DNA of 53,438 nt, counting the filler, from Bipalium vagum (lineage: Eukaryota): NCBI GenBank assembly GCA_037834085.1. It is 3 parts of 3 records of this genome, joined end to end, with 100 filler letters (N's around TTAATTAATTAA, not from the genome) between each part and the next. Parts side by side here need not be neighbours in the genome. Positions count along the whole stretch, not along the records: positions 1 to 16,631 come from JBBMKC010101543.1; 2 more parts are not named here. One strand, 5' to 3'. Numbering within the stretch: position 1 is the stretch's first letter; every line of letters starts with the position of its first letter. Positions 1 through 11,804 of the stretch are shown piece after piece. Both the position numbers and the translations under genes were made by a program. The notes under the pieces were generated by a model. The model was given only the letters and a program-made list of their open reading frames with translations, was not told the DNA's origin and made no database searches.

Positions 1-6
1 CTCCAC

Positions 7-9
<3 letters not shown>

Positions 10-77
<68 letters not shown>
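10..77. repeat. (ATT)n microsatellite
   Basis: Near-perfect ATT run. Similar tracts at ~8455-8503, ~20030-20108 and ~37255-37352 (AATAATAATAGT unit). Confidence 0.97.
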
Positions 78-79
<2 letters not shown>

Positions 80-591
80 ACAATGAATTATTGAAATTTA
101 CAATTATGTTAGAAAATACCGAATTATTATTATTTACCAAGAAATATTTCGGAAATATTTTCGAAAATAAAAATTTTGCATTCTCAGAAATTTAACTTAA
201 TTATTATCATTTACGTAAAAATTAAAAATAACAAAAGTATTATCAAAATATAATAAAAATATTTCATTACCAATTTCTTACAAGTCAGGCTTTGCAGTCA
301 CTTGTAATCTTTTCAGATTAATTGGCTCATCGACTATATCAAACATCAATTGATGTTTCACATTTAATGAATTCTTTAGGATATTTTCTGATAAATTTTC
401 ATTGATATTTTTATGCAAATTCTTAAATGTTTTCCATTATAATTAATAATAGAAAATTCTGATTTGATTTTTTATCTATTGATCAAGTGGGGTAAGAATG
501 ATATTAGTAACCATAAAGTACACTCGACATTGATAAATAATCATAATAATAATTGCAATAATAAAATAATCTATTTAGTATTTTATTAATA

Positions 592-660
592 CAGTCGATT
601 TCCGGTTATATTAGATCGATTATATTGGAAAATTACCTCTTTTGAGCTCGGTCCGTTTTA
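592..660 (+). mobile_element. pogo/Tigger-like terminal inverted repeat fragment
   Basis: TA followed by CAGTCGATTTCCGGTTATA, typical of Tigger ends. No exact partner found. Confidence 0.4.
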
Positions 661-700
661 CTAAAATTAATAAAAAAAATCATTTGTATCGGATAGTATA

Positions 701-1165
701 TCACATCACTCAATAAGTCCCCGGTTTTTAAGTATAAATACAACTTTATTCATCAACATACTATTCTTCAAGAGTGATACATTCATTCCAACGGTCCACT
801 TTTTTGTAAAAGTCATTGGTCTCAAAATAAACCTAAGTTTGGACTATCACCTTCTCATTTGAGCCAAATTTCTTTTCTTGGACCATCTTTTCATGTCTGC
901 AAAAAGCCAGTAGTCACTGGGTGCCAGATCTGGAGAGTACGGTGGGTGGGGTAAAAATTTTTTTTAAGTAAAAAAAATTACTTACTTTCGAAGTAATTCA
1001 ATTCATTCAATTTCATAATTGTTTTCATGGACTTGTGAGACGGGACCTTTCTAGGTGAAACAGGAATTTTTATTTGCCTATGAGGCTTTTTTTCTTGATT
1101 TCTGCGCTCAATCACTCCAATAATGCTATGTAATAATCACTATTGATATTTTGGCCTTTCTCAAC
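701..1165 (-). mobile_element. Degenerate mariner (DD34D, irritans/Himar1-like) 3' half
   Basis: Minus-strand pieces EKGQNINSDYYIALLE*, KFLFHL, PHPPYSPDLAPSDYWLFADMK and RWNECITLE, with stops and frameshifts. TIR-like end TCACATCACTCAATAAGTCC follows TA at 699-700. Confidence 0.9.
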
Positions 1166-2040
1166 TGAGTATTGCTTGCAATGGATGAGTCCTCAGTTCC
1201 AAAGCAATGTTTTACACATGTTTTCTATGGTTTACAACGGATTTCAATTCTCATGTCACCTTAATTTTATTGGACTTTTACTTTTTTATTTTGTATTACA
1301 CAATTGGATCATTTCATATATTTAAGTCGTAGACCATATCAGTAAGATCATTTTCAATCTATTGTTTACAGTTTGACTAATGTACAGGAAACCCAAACAA
1401 CATAATTCTTTTATTCTGGGTTTGAATGAACTTTATTAAAGAGTATGGGGTACACTGTATGTTACGTTGATTAATAGATTATTTTTCATCATAAATCTTG
1501 TACTATAATTATTTCTTGTATGTTTAAGTGAAAAGAAAGATTTATTCTTTTATATTCATGTTTTAATGAAATAAATAGCGGTTTTTAACATTGGACTTCA
1601 AAAGAACAAATCACAGCTTAAACAAGATTTTATTTATCAAATAGAAACCATTACATTGTATCCTATACACAATATATAATTCAGAACCTAATAGATTAGC
1701 TAGTATTTTTAAACATATTTTCTTAACATCATTGTTATTACTATTATTATTATTATTCTGACCATGTCGGTCTTTAAATTTTAAGCCTCTACAACCTTAT
1801 CATGATCTGAAGAATCCAACAAAATCTTAACAATGTAACTACTACAATGTCCGTCAGCTATTTGAGGACAAAAATTGTTAAAATATATGATAATTTTTTT
1901 AGTGGAGCTAAAATTGATTTGCAATATTTATTGATACAACATTAAATAATTATTTCTTAATTTAGAAATGTGTTAATTTCCTAAAAATATGGGCTGATTT
2001 TAAAAGACTTAACTCTTCTTTTAAGTCACTTAACAAAGTA

Positions 2041-2464
2041 TGTGATATCAGAAGAAATTACGGATGAACGTTGAAGCAATATAGTCACTGACACAATATA
2101 AAAGTTGATCGAAAACGAAAAATTTTTTAAAAATAAAATCTTTATTGAAAAATAGATTTTTGAAAAGGTTTACAATGACAAGGGTTAATAAGATTTTATG
2201 CTGATTGATCAGATTCTTTAAACACATGCTTAGCCTAGTGTGTTAAAGCCCTCAGGAATTTTGTCAGCTAGCGGCTGTGCAAACTTTAAAAAAAGGAAGA
2301 AATGGAAGAACAAAAAACTTTTAATTGATCAACGGTGAAGCACCGAGTATTTATTTATAAGAAAGAAAATTAGTTTATTAAAAATTTACGTCAATCGGTT
2401 AGGATTGCGCAAATTATTGTTAAATGCAGTTATTAAAAAGTTTCTTAACACTTCTGTGCTCACA
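2041..2464 (-). mobile_element. Solo LTR (424 bp) nested in the maT element
   Basis: TG...CA ends with imperfect terminal IR (TGTGAtatCAGAAG / TGTGAgcaCAGAAG). 5-bp TSD AAGTA/GAGTA with one mismatch. TATA-like and AATAAA signals on the minus strand. Confidence 0.7.
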
Positions 2465-2502
2465 GAGTATTAAGCGAAAAAAAAGATAATAATAATAATA
2501 AT

Positions 2503-2900
2503 ATATTTGATAGGACAAGTTACTTGATCTTACTGTTGAATGGATCACGGCCTTTTGTATTGATGGTACTGATCTTTTCTCCTTTCTTCTTTTTCCTTTT
2601 TTCTCCCGTCCTTACTGAGTTAGCTATCGTTTATATATGCACGGGCTTGATATATTATTATTACGATCTTGACTAATTAATTCGGTACTATGCTAATTTT
2701 TTCGAATAATTGATGAGGTATTTTTGAACCAGCTCTTTGACCTTTCTATTATCGAATTAATTCGTATCTATGTTTTCACACTTTGATTAGTTCTCTGCTC
2801 TACTGCTGATGAATCCCTATTTCTCCTTTGTGAAGTATGCTCTTCTGCTCGTGTTATTTTTTGTGTGTCTTATAATCTGGAGTAAGTCTTTTTATACCAT
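2503..2900 (-). mobile_element. Possible RLE-type (R4/Dong-like) non-LTR retrotransposon 3' remnant
   Basis: Minus-strand SIQKAVIHSTVR resembles the IQKAVLxxTARI C-terminus of these elements. Sits between AAT tracts; heavily decayed. Confidence 0.35.
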
Positions 2901-3303
2901 TCATTTTCGATATATTTTTATTTTTAGTAAGTTATAACTTTCTATTAATATAGTTTTATATATTTTATTTTTTTACAATAAACTTTATTACGCCTATTTT
3001 GTATACTTTTCTATTTTAGTAAGTTCTTGATTTCCAATTTTAGTTTATTACCAATTTTTATATTTTAACAGAAATTATAATAATAATAATAGTAATAATA
3101 ATGATGATAATAATAATAATTATTATTATTTAAAGTGGAATTTACTGATTATCAGCTACAAATCTTTAACATAATAATAAAAAATAAAATCACAACATTT
3201 ATTGATCATAAAAATAAAAAAAATCATAATCATTGAACAACAAAATGTTTATTATGGGATATTAAAAGTCTCAGTCAAATGTTTATTGTGGGATGCTCCA
3301 CAA

Positions 3304-4331
3304 ATGGAAAAGATAACTTTTGAATTAACACAAGAGGTGAAAAGGCATGCAGTGTTTGTTGCATTAGGCACCGGACACTGTGACTTAGAAATTTCAAATT
3401 TCTTAATGTGACCATATCTTTTGTCAATAAAATTAGAAAAGAATGTTTTGCATCTGATCGAAATGTTTCCTCTATATCTAAAAAGAAAAACACATTTCTC
3501 ACATTCAGACATTGTCAGAAATGTTAATTTTGTTCAAAAAGTTCAGGATGTTGTTCATGAAAGTCCCGGAACATCAATAAGAGAAATTACCCATTGACTA
3601 TCTGTTTCTGAGTCAACGGTAAGACGAACGGTACACAATGATTTAAAATGAGTGTCCTACGTCATGAGAAGAAGACATTTTGTATAGGCAAAAAGCAAAG
3701 AAAATCGCAAAATCAAGCATCCTGATCATCCAAACATGCTATGGTTCTTTTCTAATGAAAAACTTTATACTCAAGACCAAAAGGTTAATAGGAGGAACGA
3801 TCGATGGCTGTGCTCAAGGGCTTCTGAAGTCCCTAATGTTATGGACACCAAGTTTTCATCATCTTTAATGATATTCGGTGGTATGAGCAACGAAGGTCAT
3901 GTTATACATCCGTATTTTTTTCCACAGGGACTTCGAATTAATGCATTTCTTTATATCCAGTGTCTGGATATATATGTAAAGCTTGGATTGAAAAAGTTGC
4001 CCACGAAAGGCCTTATGTGTTCAAACAAGACTCAGCTACCTGCAATACTGCATTAAAAACACAAAAATGGCTATCGCCAAATTTAAACGACCATGTCAAT
4101 CCAAACTTATGGCCACCTAGCTCACCCAATTTAAATCCTTTGGACTATTTCGTATGGGTCGTCGTAGAGAAGGAGACGAACAAACATTTTCATAATACCA
4201 AAGATTCATTAGGGGCTTCTATAAGTCCTTCTGTGATAAATATGAACAAAAACCATTTGATCACGGCTTGTAAGCTTTTCAGAAGTCGTCTTGAAGCTGT
4301 AATTGACACTGAAGGCGATTTTATTGAATAA
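3304..4331 (+). pseudogene. DD37D transposase pseudogene
   Basis: MEKITFELTQEVKRHAVFVAL..., WFFSNEK (first catalytic D mutated to N), FKQD-(37 aa)-DYFVW, WPPSSPNLNPLD. Several frameshifts, stops and a deletion. Confidence 0.93.
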
Positions 4332-6554
4332 ATAAAACTTGTGTACTTAAGAAAAATAAAGTTTCTACTATTGCTTAAAAATATACAGACTTTTCATTAA
4401 AAATATTACTTACCTTTAATATCAATTTTTGTCCTCAAATTGCTGACGCATCCTGTATATGTCCAGCTTGTCGAATTATAAGGTGTAGATCTGCGTAACT
4501 TTTTAAATGTCTGTTTTTGTTGTTGTTGAAAGCGATCAGGTATTTAAAAATGGTTTTCTGTCCATACTTTAATAAGATCAATTTATCTAAATTATTCGGC
4601 TGATTTTATCATTTTTTTATCTGAAAATAGTTTTTTTTCAGTGTTTCATTTAATTCTCATCGATTTTTCTGATTTTTTGAATATATTTCCTATAAAATTC
4701 ATCTCCAGTCGCTTTTCTGATTTTGAAAATTTTGATCACCAAAGTTTTTATTTTAATCAATTAATATAAATAATTTTATATGTAAAATATAAAAATACTA
4801 CTTTTTATCATTATCACCTAGTTTTTCTTCTGTTTGTTTTGAAAGTGAACTAAATATAGTCAATAAGATATCACTTACAAATAGGCGGGCGCAAAATTTA
4901 AATTATTTTCTGGTCAGAAAAGAAAGAAATATTTATTAATTAATTTTCTGGAGGACAACTTAATATTATTAGAAACATTGTGATAAAGAACTGATAATTG
5001 AAAAATATAATATAATATAATACTGAAACATTAAAACAAAGAAAGAGGATTAATTAAAATTTAATTATTATATTTTAATAAGTGAATGTTTTCATAATTT
5101 TTACTGAAAAATTATTTTTCATAATTAATTTTAAAATGGAGACATTTATCAGTTCGGTTTGTGGTTCAACTTACCATAAAAGCCTGGCTGAAAATCGGTC
5201 TAAATAATTAATGAAGTGTTCTAAAATTTCTGAAGATAAAAAATCTTAGCAAATAATGATAAATTATAAAACTTATCTGACTATGTTGGGCAAAAAAGGA
5301 ATTAAATTTATTGTTTGGGATTTATTGATACTCTAAGGCTATTAATAATCAGAATCGCCTAAGTATTATTATATAATTTTATAACCACCATAAAATTATA
5401 AAAAAGATCTTTATTGAATTATGGAAAATGAAGAGAAAAGTCGCTGATAATCCAGCGGTCTTACTTAAAGAAAAATACAAGGTTGAATTGTCTATTAATT
5501 ATTAGTGGAGAAGTGTTTATTCACTGGAGCTTGCTAAGTCTATTTCATCTCTTTTTGGTTAAAGATGAATAAAAGTAATTAACAATGAAAGTTATCCTTT
5601 GAAAGTAATATGGGATATGTTTTATCGTATTAAAACGAAACATTCTTTGATGTTGTTCAAGAAGTCTAAGTAAAGTTTAATGAATTTTAAGTAAATTCGG
5701 TTTAAAAATAGTAACAAGTGCGCTGAATGAATGAAGTCCCTGGGATTTTCGGTTTTTATTTGTATTCAATAGATTTATTATGATTTTCTTTTTCAGTGAC
5801 ATTAATAAAAACTGTGGTCTTATATTAACTTCCGATAAAATTATGAAAATATAAACTCGAATCACCATTGATCTCAATCTTATGATATTTCAGATCCTTG
5901 CGTTTTCTTTAGATATAACTGATCTTTATTCTATTTTCCATCGATTAAAACTAATGAATGAAAATAAGAAAATACTTAGTAATTTTTTTAGAAATAAGGT
6001 AAATTTCGTCGGATATTTTCTCCCAATCTTCTCATGATGCCAAAAAAGTATTCTTTTTTTACTGTTTGTCCATTTTGAAGTAAGTCTAACTTACCACACC
6101 GCAAAAATTAAGAAACTCGTCAACATGACCTTGGAAATCAACTATTGCTTCTCTACCATCTTTGAGTGTCCTACACCATTCACATGCTTATGATATTGTT
6201 CTCATAACATGATACACCATTCACAATATATCCTCTGTATTATTTTGAGCGAATTGGCACAGAAAGATTCAGTTTGAAAGCCAAAGTTTGACGAAAACAT
6301 TGGCCGTAACTAATTTTTCTCCTGAAAATTGCAAACGATACATAGATATATTAGGTATGCATTACACAAAAGTTACCGTTAATATTCTGAGTGGTGAACT
6401 GGAATAAAATTCCATGTGATAATTCTGTAAAATAACTGAAAAACAAATTATTGGGATTCTTTTTATCTTCAATGGATTTTTTAAAATTATAATTTTCGGG
6501 TACTTTTACACAGTTTGAATATTTGCAGATATATCACATAATAATAATTCTAAA

Positions 6555-6808
6555 GTATTATGGAGATGGTTTGCAAAAACTAGATGATGTGGATACTCAA
6601 TACTCAACGATCCTATGTTATAAGAAAAAGCTAAAAATTTGGAAAATATTGGTATATAGGAGGCTACTTTCGTGCCATATGAAGGATGATTACAAAATGG
6701 AAACAACGCAACAATGTAAAAAGAGCAAATAAGAAAAGTTATATTATTAATTAATAATGCTCTAGTTCATGTTGTAAAGACCGATTTAGATTTGACAAAT
6801 ATCAACCA
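6555..6808 (+). mobile_element. pogo/Tigger (CENP-B-like) transposase remnant
   Basis: LWRWFAKTR*...PML*EKAK, G*LQ/KWKQRNNV (HTH) and RKVILLINNALVH (DDE_1). Cut off by the Tc1 insertion at 6809. Confidence 0.7.
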
Positions 6809-6810
6809 TA

Positions 6811-7995
6811 CACTACCGTCGGAAAGTATTTGTGCACCCTTCTTAAAATGCAAAATGATCAATTTTTTTAACATAGTTTAATGTTTTATTTAAAAACCAA
6901 TTGTAATTGTAAATTTATTAGGATCCTTACACAGAGTTAACGATAGAACACAAAGATAATAAATTTTACAATATGAATTTCCACATTTTAATTTTTATAA
7001 AATTTAGCTAAAAATATTTCTAAATCATTTTTCTTTATCATTTTATTCGGATATAATTAAACCAAGTAAATTTAAATTAATATTTTTAAATTACTGTTAA
7101 TATAACTTAGTTAAAAAGCCAATTTTTTAATTAGTTCATTTTTGTTTTTTGTCTAAGTTGGAATTTTAAAATAAGAAAGATTTTTAAAAATTTTTAATAA
7201 TTTTAATGTTGTTTAATAATTTTAATATATAAGAAAATTTAAGGTATGGCTGAAACTAATGAGATTTCCTAACATAAAATGAATATCAGTGCTCGTCAAA
7301 TTGGCAGAAATTCAAAATTATGGCATACAACAGTCAGCGCTATAATAAAGGAATACAATGACACTGGCATTATTAAGAACAATGAAGAAGCTGGACGACC
7401 AAGAAAAACTACTGATATAGAAGACCGGAGAATTATAATCACGAGCAAGCGTAATAGACGTCTAACGGCACCAGAAATTACCTCTCACATAAACCATGCC
7501 CGAGAAAGAGGTATTAGCGTAACAACGGTAAAACACCGGCTTCATAAGGCCGGTCTATTTGGAAGAATTGCCGCTAGGAAATCATTATTTCGGCCTAAAT
7601 ATAAGAAGATAAGATTAGAATGGGCCAGGGAACACCAAAACTGGTCATCCGAAGACTAGTGTCAGATACTTTGGTCAAATGAATCGAAGTTTGAAGTTTT
7701 TTGATCAAGAAGGCGTATATTTGTTTGCAGGTCTACTGGTGAGAGGTTCTCAGATCAATGCATAATCCCAACTATGAAGCACGGAGGAGGATCTGTTATG
7801 ATTTGGGGTTGTTTTGATGTTCCATCATTAGGAAATCTAATCAAAATTGATGGGAAACTATTCCAGACGGCTATAAGAATATACTACGAAGTAACGCCAT
7901 TCCTTCTGGACTAAGAATTATTGGCAATAACTTTATTTTTCAACAGGACAATGATCCCAAACATAAAGCCAATCTATGTCAGGTTTATTTGGGCT
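6811..7995 (+). mobile_element. Tc1-like (DD34E-type) element, 3' truncated, transposase pseudogene ~7246-7995
   Basis: TA+CACTACCGTCGGAAAGT TIR. Motifs GRPRKTT, RRLTAPEI, ILWSNESKF, KHGGGSVMIWGCF and FIFQQDNDPKH, with stops and a frameshift. Confidence 0.92.
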
Positions 7996-8453
7996 CTTTT
8001 ACGTGGCAGTTTTATTTAATCATTTCCGATTCCGTTATGAACTTCTTTGACCTGCAAAGTTTTTAAAAAAACGATTAAAACATGGTTTACTACTTATGCA
8101 TACGCCTGATAGTTGTACCAAGTATGGAAGCTTGATTGTACTTTCCATTAATAATTTTCATACAATCAAGATGTCATTATTTTCCCGAAATATATATTCC
8201 TTTATTAAATTCATAATTATTATTAAATTAGAATATATAAAATTCTAAATTGTTAGATGCAATTTTAGCCTAACAATGGTTTTCTATCTTCATGAAATCT
8301 GGCTCAAACTAAGACTTTGTCATTTTAAATTAAGTTAAAAGGCATCATAACACTTATTTATAAAGGAATATTAAAATATGATTTCTTTCAAATTCAAAAA
8401 TAATTAAGTAATATTTTAAGACTGAAATTTTTTTAAAAAATTGATAAATTAAC

Positions 8454-8507
<54 letters not shown>

Positions 8508-9046
8508 TAAAACATAAAATTCATTTAAAATTAAGCGGAATTAAAATTTTCATGTAATTCTATTTAACATCCTAATCCGAATATTACAGGAAAAATAAAA
8601 CCATTATACAATTATTTGTGAAAAAAAATTTTTGAAAATAAAAATAAAAATAAAACAAATAATTAAAATATATGAATAAACTATTTTGACAATATGTTAT
8701 GAATGAAATTAGAATTTAATAAATATTTGAAATCAGTTTCCATTGTCTAAAAAAATCTAACATTGTACAGTTCAATAAATTAATTACCATTTATCATTAA
8801 TCAATAATATGAACCAGAATAAAAATTCAAATAAAGTTGTTACGTATATAGATAAAATTGGGTAAATTACACTATAGAAAAAAATAATGAACAAATTAAT
8901 CTAACAATACAAATAAATGTTGATCCGTGGGGAATTATGAAAAAATATCCAATAGTTCATCATATGCTGTTGAAGATTTATATCGAATTTATTGACTAGG
9001 AAAATTCATGAATTATGATCGTTTTTGAGTTGAATAGTAAAAAAGT

Positions 9047-9253
9047 NNNNNNNNNNNNNNNNNNNNNNNNNNNNNNNNNNNNNNNNNNNNNNNNNNNNNN
9101 NNNNNNNNNNNNNNNNNNNNNNNNNNNNNNNNNNNNNNNNNNNNNNNNNNNNNNNNNNNNNNNNNNNNNNNNNNNNNNNNNNNNNNNNNNNNNNNNNNNN
9201 NNNNNNNNNNNNNNNNNNNNNNNNNNNNNNNNNNNNNNNNNNNNNNNNNNNNN
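9047..9253. other. Assembly gap (N run)
   Basis: Run of N; the ORFs crossing it are artefacts. Confidence 0.99.
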
Positions 9254-9600
9254 ATATATACGAAAGAGGAGATATATACAAAAGAATTAATATTTCCAAT
9301 GATTTTCAGGGACGCTTACTTATTTTTAACTAGACTTATTAATATCAAATTATTGAAAAATTTATCCTAAGAAAGTTGTTCTGAATTTTAAAAAAATATT
9401 CAACTAATTTTTCATATCTTTCAGAATTTGCCAAACAAAATGAAATTCTACAAAAGAAATGTTTAATATTTTCACGTTCAAATTCACTTTCCAGAGACTC
9501 GGAGAGTTTTTTAATTATTGGTGGAAATTAGACAAATAAAAATGGGCTTCATACTTTGCTCAGAAATACAAATTCAACAGTCGCTCAGAATCTCAGTACG

Positions 9601-10035
9601 ATGAATGACAACAGACCCCGAGCTTCTTCTGCTCCTTCTGTCGTTCTGCAAGTACAGAAACGAAAACGACTGTTTTGCAAATCAGACAAAAAATACATGA
9701 AAGTCATTTCAGAAAAAAACATGAATAACACTGTCACAGTCAAATTCCAGGGATCAGATGATCTGATGAAGATAGACATTATTGGTGAGACCTCTAAAGG
9801 AAAGTATTATTCAAAATTTCGGAATCTATCTTTGTTGCCAAACAATGATATTAGACGGCCATCATTAATTCAGCAAGGAAAAGAGAAACTGGAGCTCCAC
9901 ATATGTAGAATCAATGTTCTTCTTGTTATGATGCAACTGGGTCTAGGTAGTTCGATGGCGGTACTTGGACTATATCTTCACAACCTGTCTCCAGTACTTA
10001 CCTTGAGAGACTGTCCTTATTGGGCTGCTTTTCCA
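9601..10035 (+). CDS. SSPN: Sarcospan-like (CD20-family tetraspan) protein, partial: one coding exon
   Basis: CRINVLLVMMQLGLGSSMAVLGLYLHNLSPVLTLRDCPYWAAFP resembles sarcospan TM1 and loop (CRFPLLLALLQLALGIAVTVVG...LLVRDTPFWAG). Phase-0 donor CCA|GTAAGA at 10035/10036. Start uncertain (ATG 9601 or acceptor at 9531). Downstream exons not found. Confidence 0.7.
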
Positions 10036-10280
10036 GTAAGAAATGTTTACTAACAATATTATTTTCATTTGAAAAATTCTTAACCATTGTTAATATATTT
10101 TGGATTAAGTGTAAAATATTCCGATTTTAAGGATCAAATAATAATAAATAATAATAAAGCTCAAATATAAAAACTTATGATCAACAAAAACGAACAATGT
10201 TAATTATAAAGCTGGAAATAAATAAACAATTTGGATTATTAAGGATATAAGCGTGTATTAAAAGATCAGATTTAATTATA

Positions 10281-10285
10281 ATATA

Positions 10286-10316
<31 letters not shown>

Positions 10317-10460
10317 TTATTATTATTATATTAATAATTATAAAAATAATTATAATAATAATTATAAAAATAATTATAATAATAATTATAAAAATAATTA
10401 TAATAATAATTATAAAAAAATAATTATAATAATAATTATAAAAAAATAATTATAATAATA
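10281..10460. repeat. AAT-derived minisatellite (~24-26 nt unit AATAATTATAATAATAATTATAAA)
   Basis: About five tandem units directly visible. Confidence 0.9.
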
Positions 10461-11029
10461 AAATCAATTATTTTATTTATTTAATATTTTTTTGAGTTAA
10501 AGTCTTTTATCAAATAATCTTTGGTTTCCGCTCAATATTTCGCAATTAAGCAGAACCAGTAAAGTCTTAGACCATTAAATGAATTGCGTTGTAAATTGCA
10601 AAATTAAAAGTTAGCGAAAAGAAAGAGTAATTTCGATACTAACGATGAACGAAAGATACGCGAATCATTGTTAGTAAAAGAATGACAACCAGAGATTAAT
10701 ATTCAAATAAGAAAAAGTAAAACTCAATGAATTGTCAGTGTGTTCTCTGTTTACTTAAAAATATTACATAAAAATTTTTAAAAATAATTTTAACCAACCA
10801 GAATTTGATAAAATATTTTAATATAAAATTATACGATTATTTTTTGGATTTCAATGTTTAATGTCAAATATTAATGACTGAAGAAGAACTGGAAAAATTC
10901 GAAAAATGTTTTATAATAATAAATTTTTAAATAATTTTTGTTAGTTCTTGATAAAGTGTTTTCTCGAAAAATAAATTGATTATGTTCACATAATTAAAAT
11001 CATTATTATATGCAAAAATTCAACTAGGG

Positions 11030-11804
11030 AACATTATTTATTAAAATTAAGTTATGCAAGGATAAATAATATGAAAAATAATTATTTTCCTATGATTTCA
11101 AAATTTACAAAACTGAACCATGAAATCTGGACTTTTTAATGCTGGAGGAGATCGGTTTCAGTGATGTTTTATATACCAAGTTAGAATTCTAAATATATCA
11201 CCAGAGAATGAAAATTCTGTTGTCAAGGATATCCAACGTCTCATCGATCAAATAAACATTGAAGATGTCATGGCAGCATCTAAATACACCATTATAAAAG
11301 AAAACATCTCTGCGTGGCCAGAACTACAAACGAAGGATATTGTTGACATGATAAAACTTCTAATAATATAAGTGGAAGTTCTTCCGATGAACATAATACT
11401 ACATTTAATTCCGAAATAGTATATCCTTATCCAACTATTGAAAAGTGCTCCACTCTCTTCAAGTTATCAAACGATTTATTTGTTTGTCTGGAAAATTTTT
11501 TTGGTGAAATCACTCTTGATCTTTTTGCATATTAAGAAGTTAGTATTGCCTTATATACTCGATCAAAGGTCAAGCAAACTACTATACTGGATTTCTTTAA
11601 GTATTGATGTTTTACCTTTATAATTAGATTTTTAAAACTTAGATTATTTTTATTTTGTGAATTTGTTGTGGTGTTGGTTTAAATAGTACCAAGTCAGTAC
11701 TCATTATAGTGTTGCATAATCTAGCACCCCCAGTATAGGGAACTTCATTATACGGGTGTTTTTTTTTAGTTGATCACCGTTTTCCTTATAACGGTAGTTG
11801 ACTG
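11030..11804 (+). mobile_element. pogo/Tigger-like 3' remnant with right TIR
   Basis: Ends CCTTATAACGGTAGTTGACTG+TA (reverse complement CAGTCAACTACCGTTATAAGG). Decayed coding-like sequence upstream; left boundary approximate. Confidence 0.55.

Larger units (their letters stand above)
1845..4455 (+). mobile_element. maT/mori (DD37D) Tc1/mariner element with nested insertions
   Basis: 33-nt TIRs (caatgtccgtcagctatttgaggacaaaaattg vs reverse complement of right end caggatgcgtcagcaatttgaggacaaaaattg; 28/33 identical), TA on both sides, transposase pseudogene inside. Confidence 0.88.

Noticed and set aside
2800-2840. Hammerhead ribozyme core (CTGATGA)
   Set aside because: No stem II and GAAA in the required arrangement.
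9006-9299. ORFs 9006-9299 and 9015-9290
   Set aside because: They consist mostly of N.
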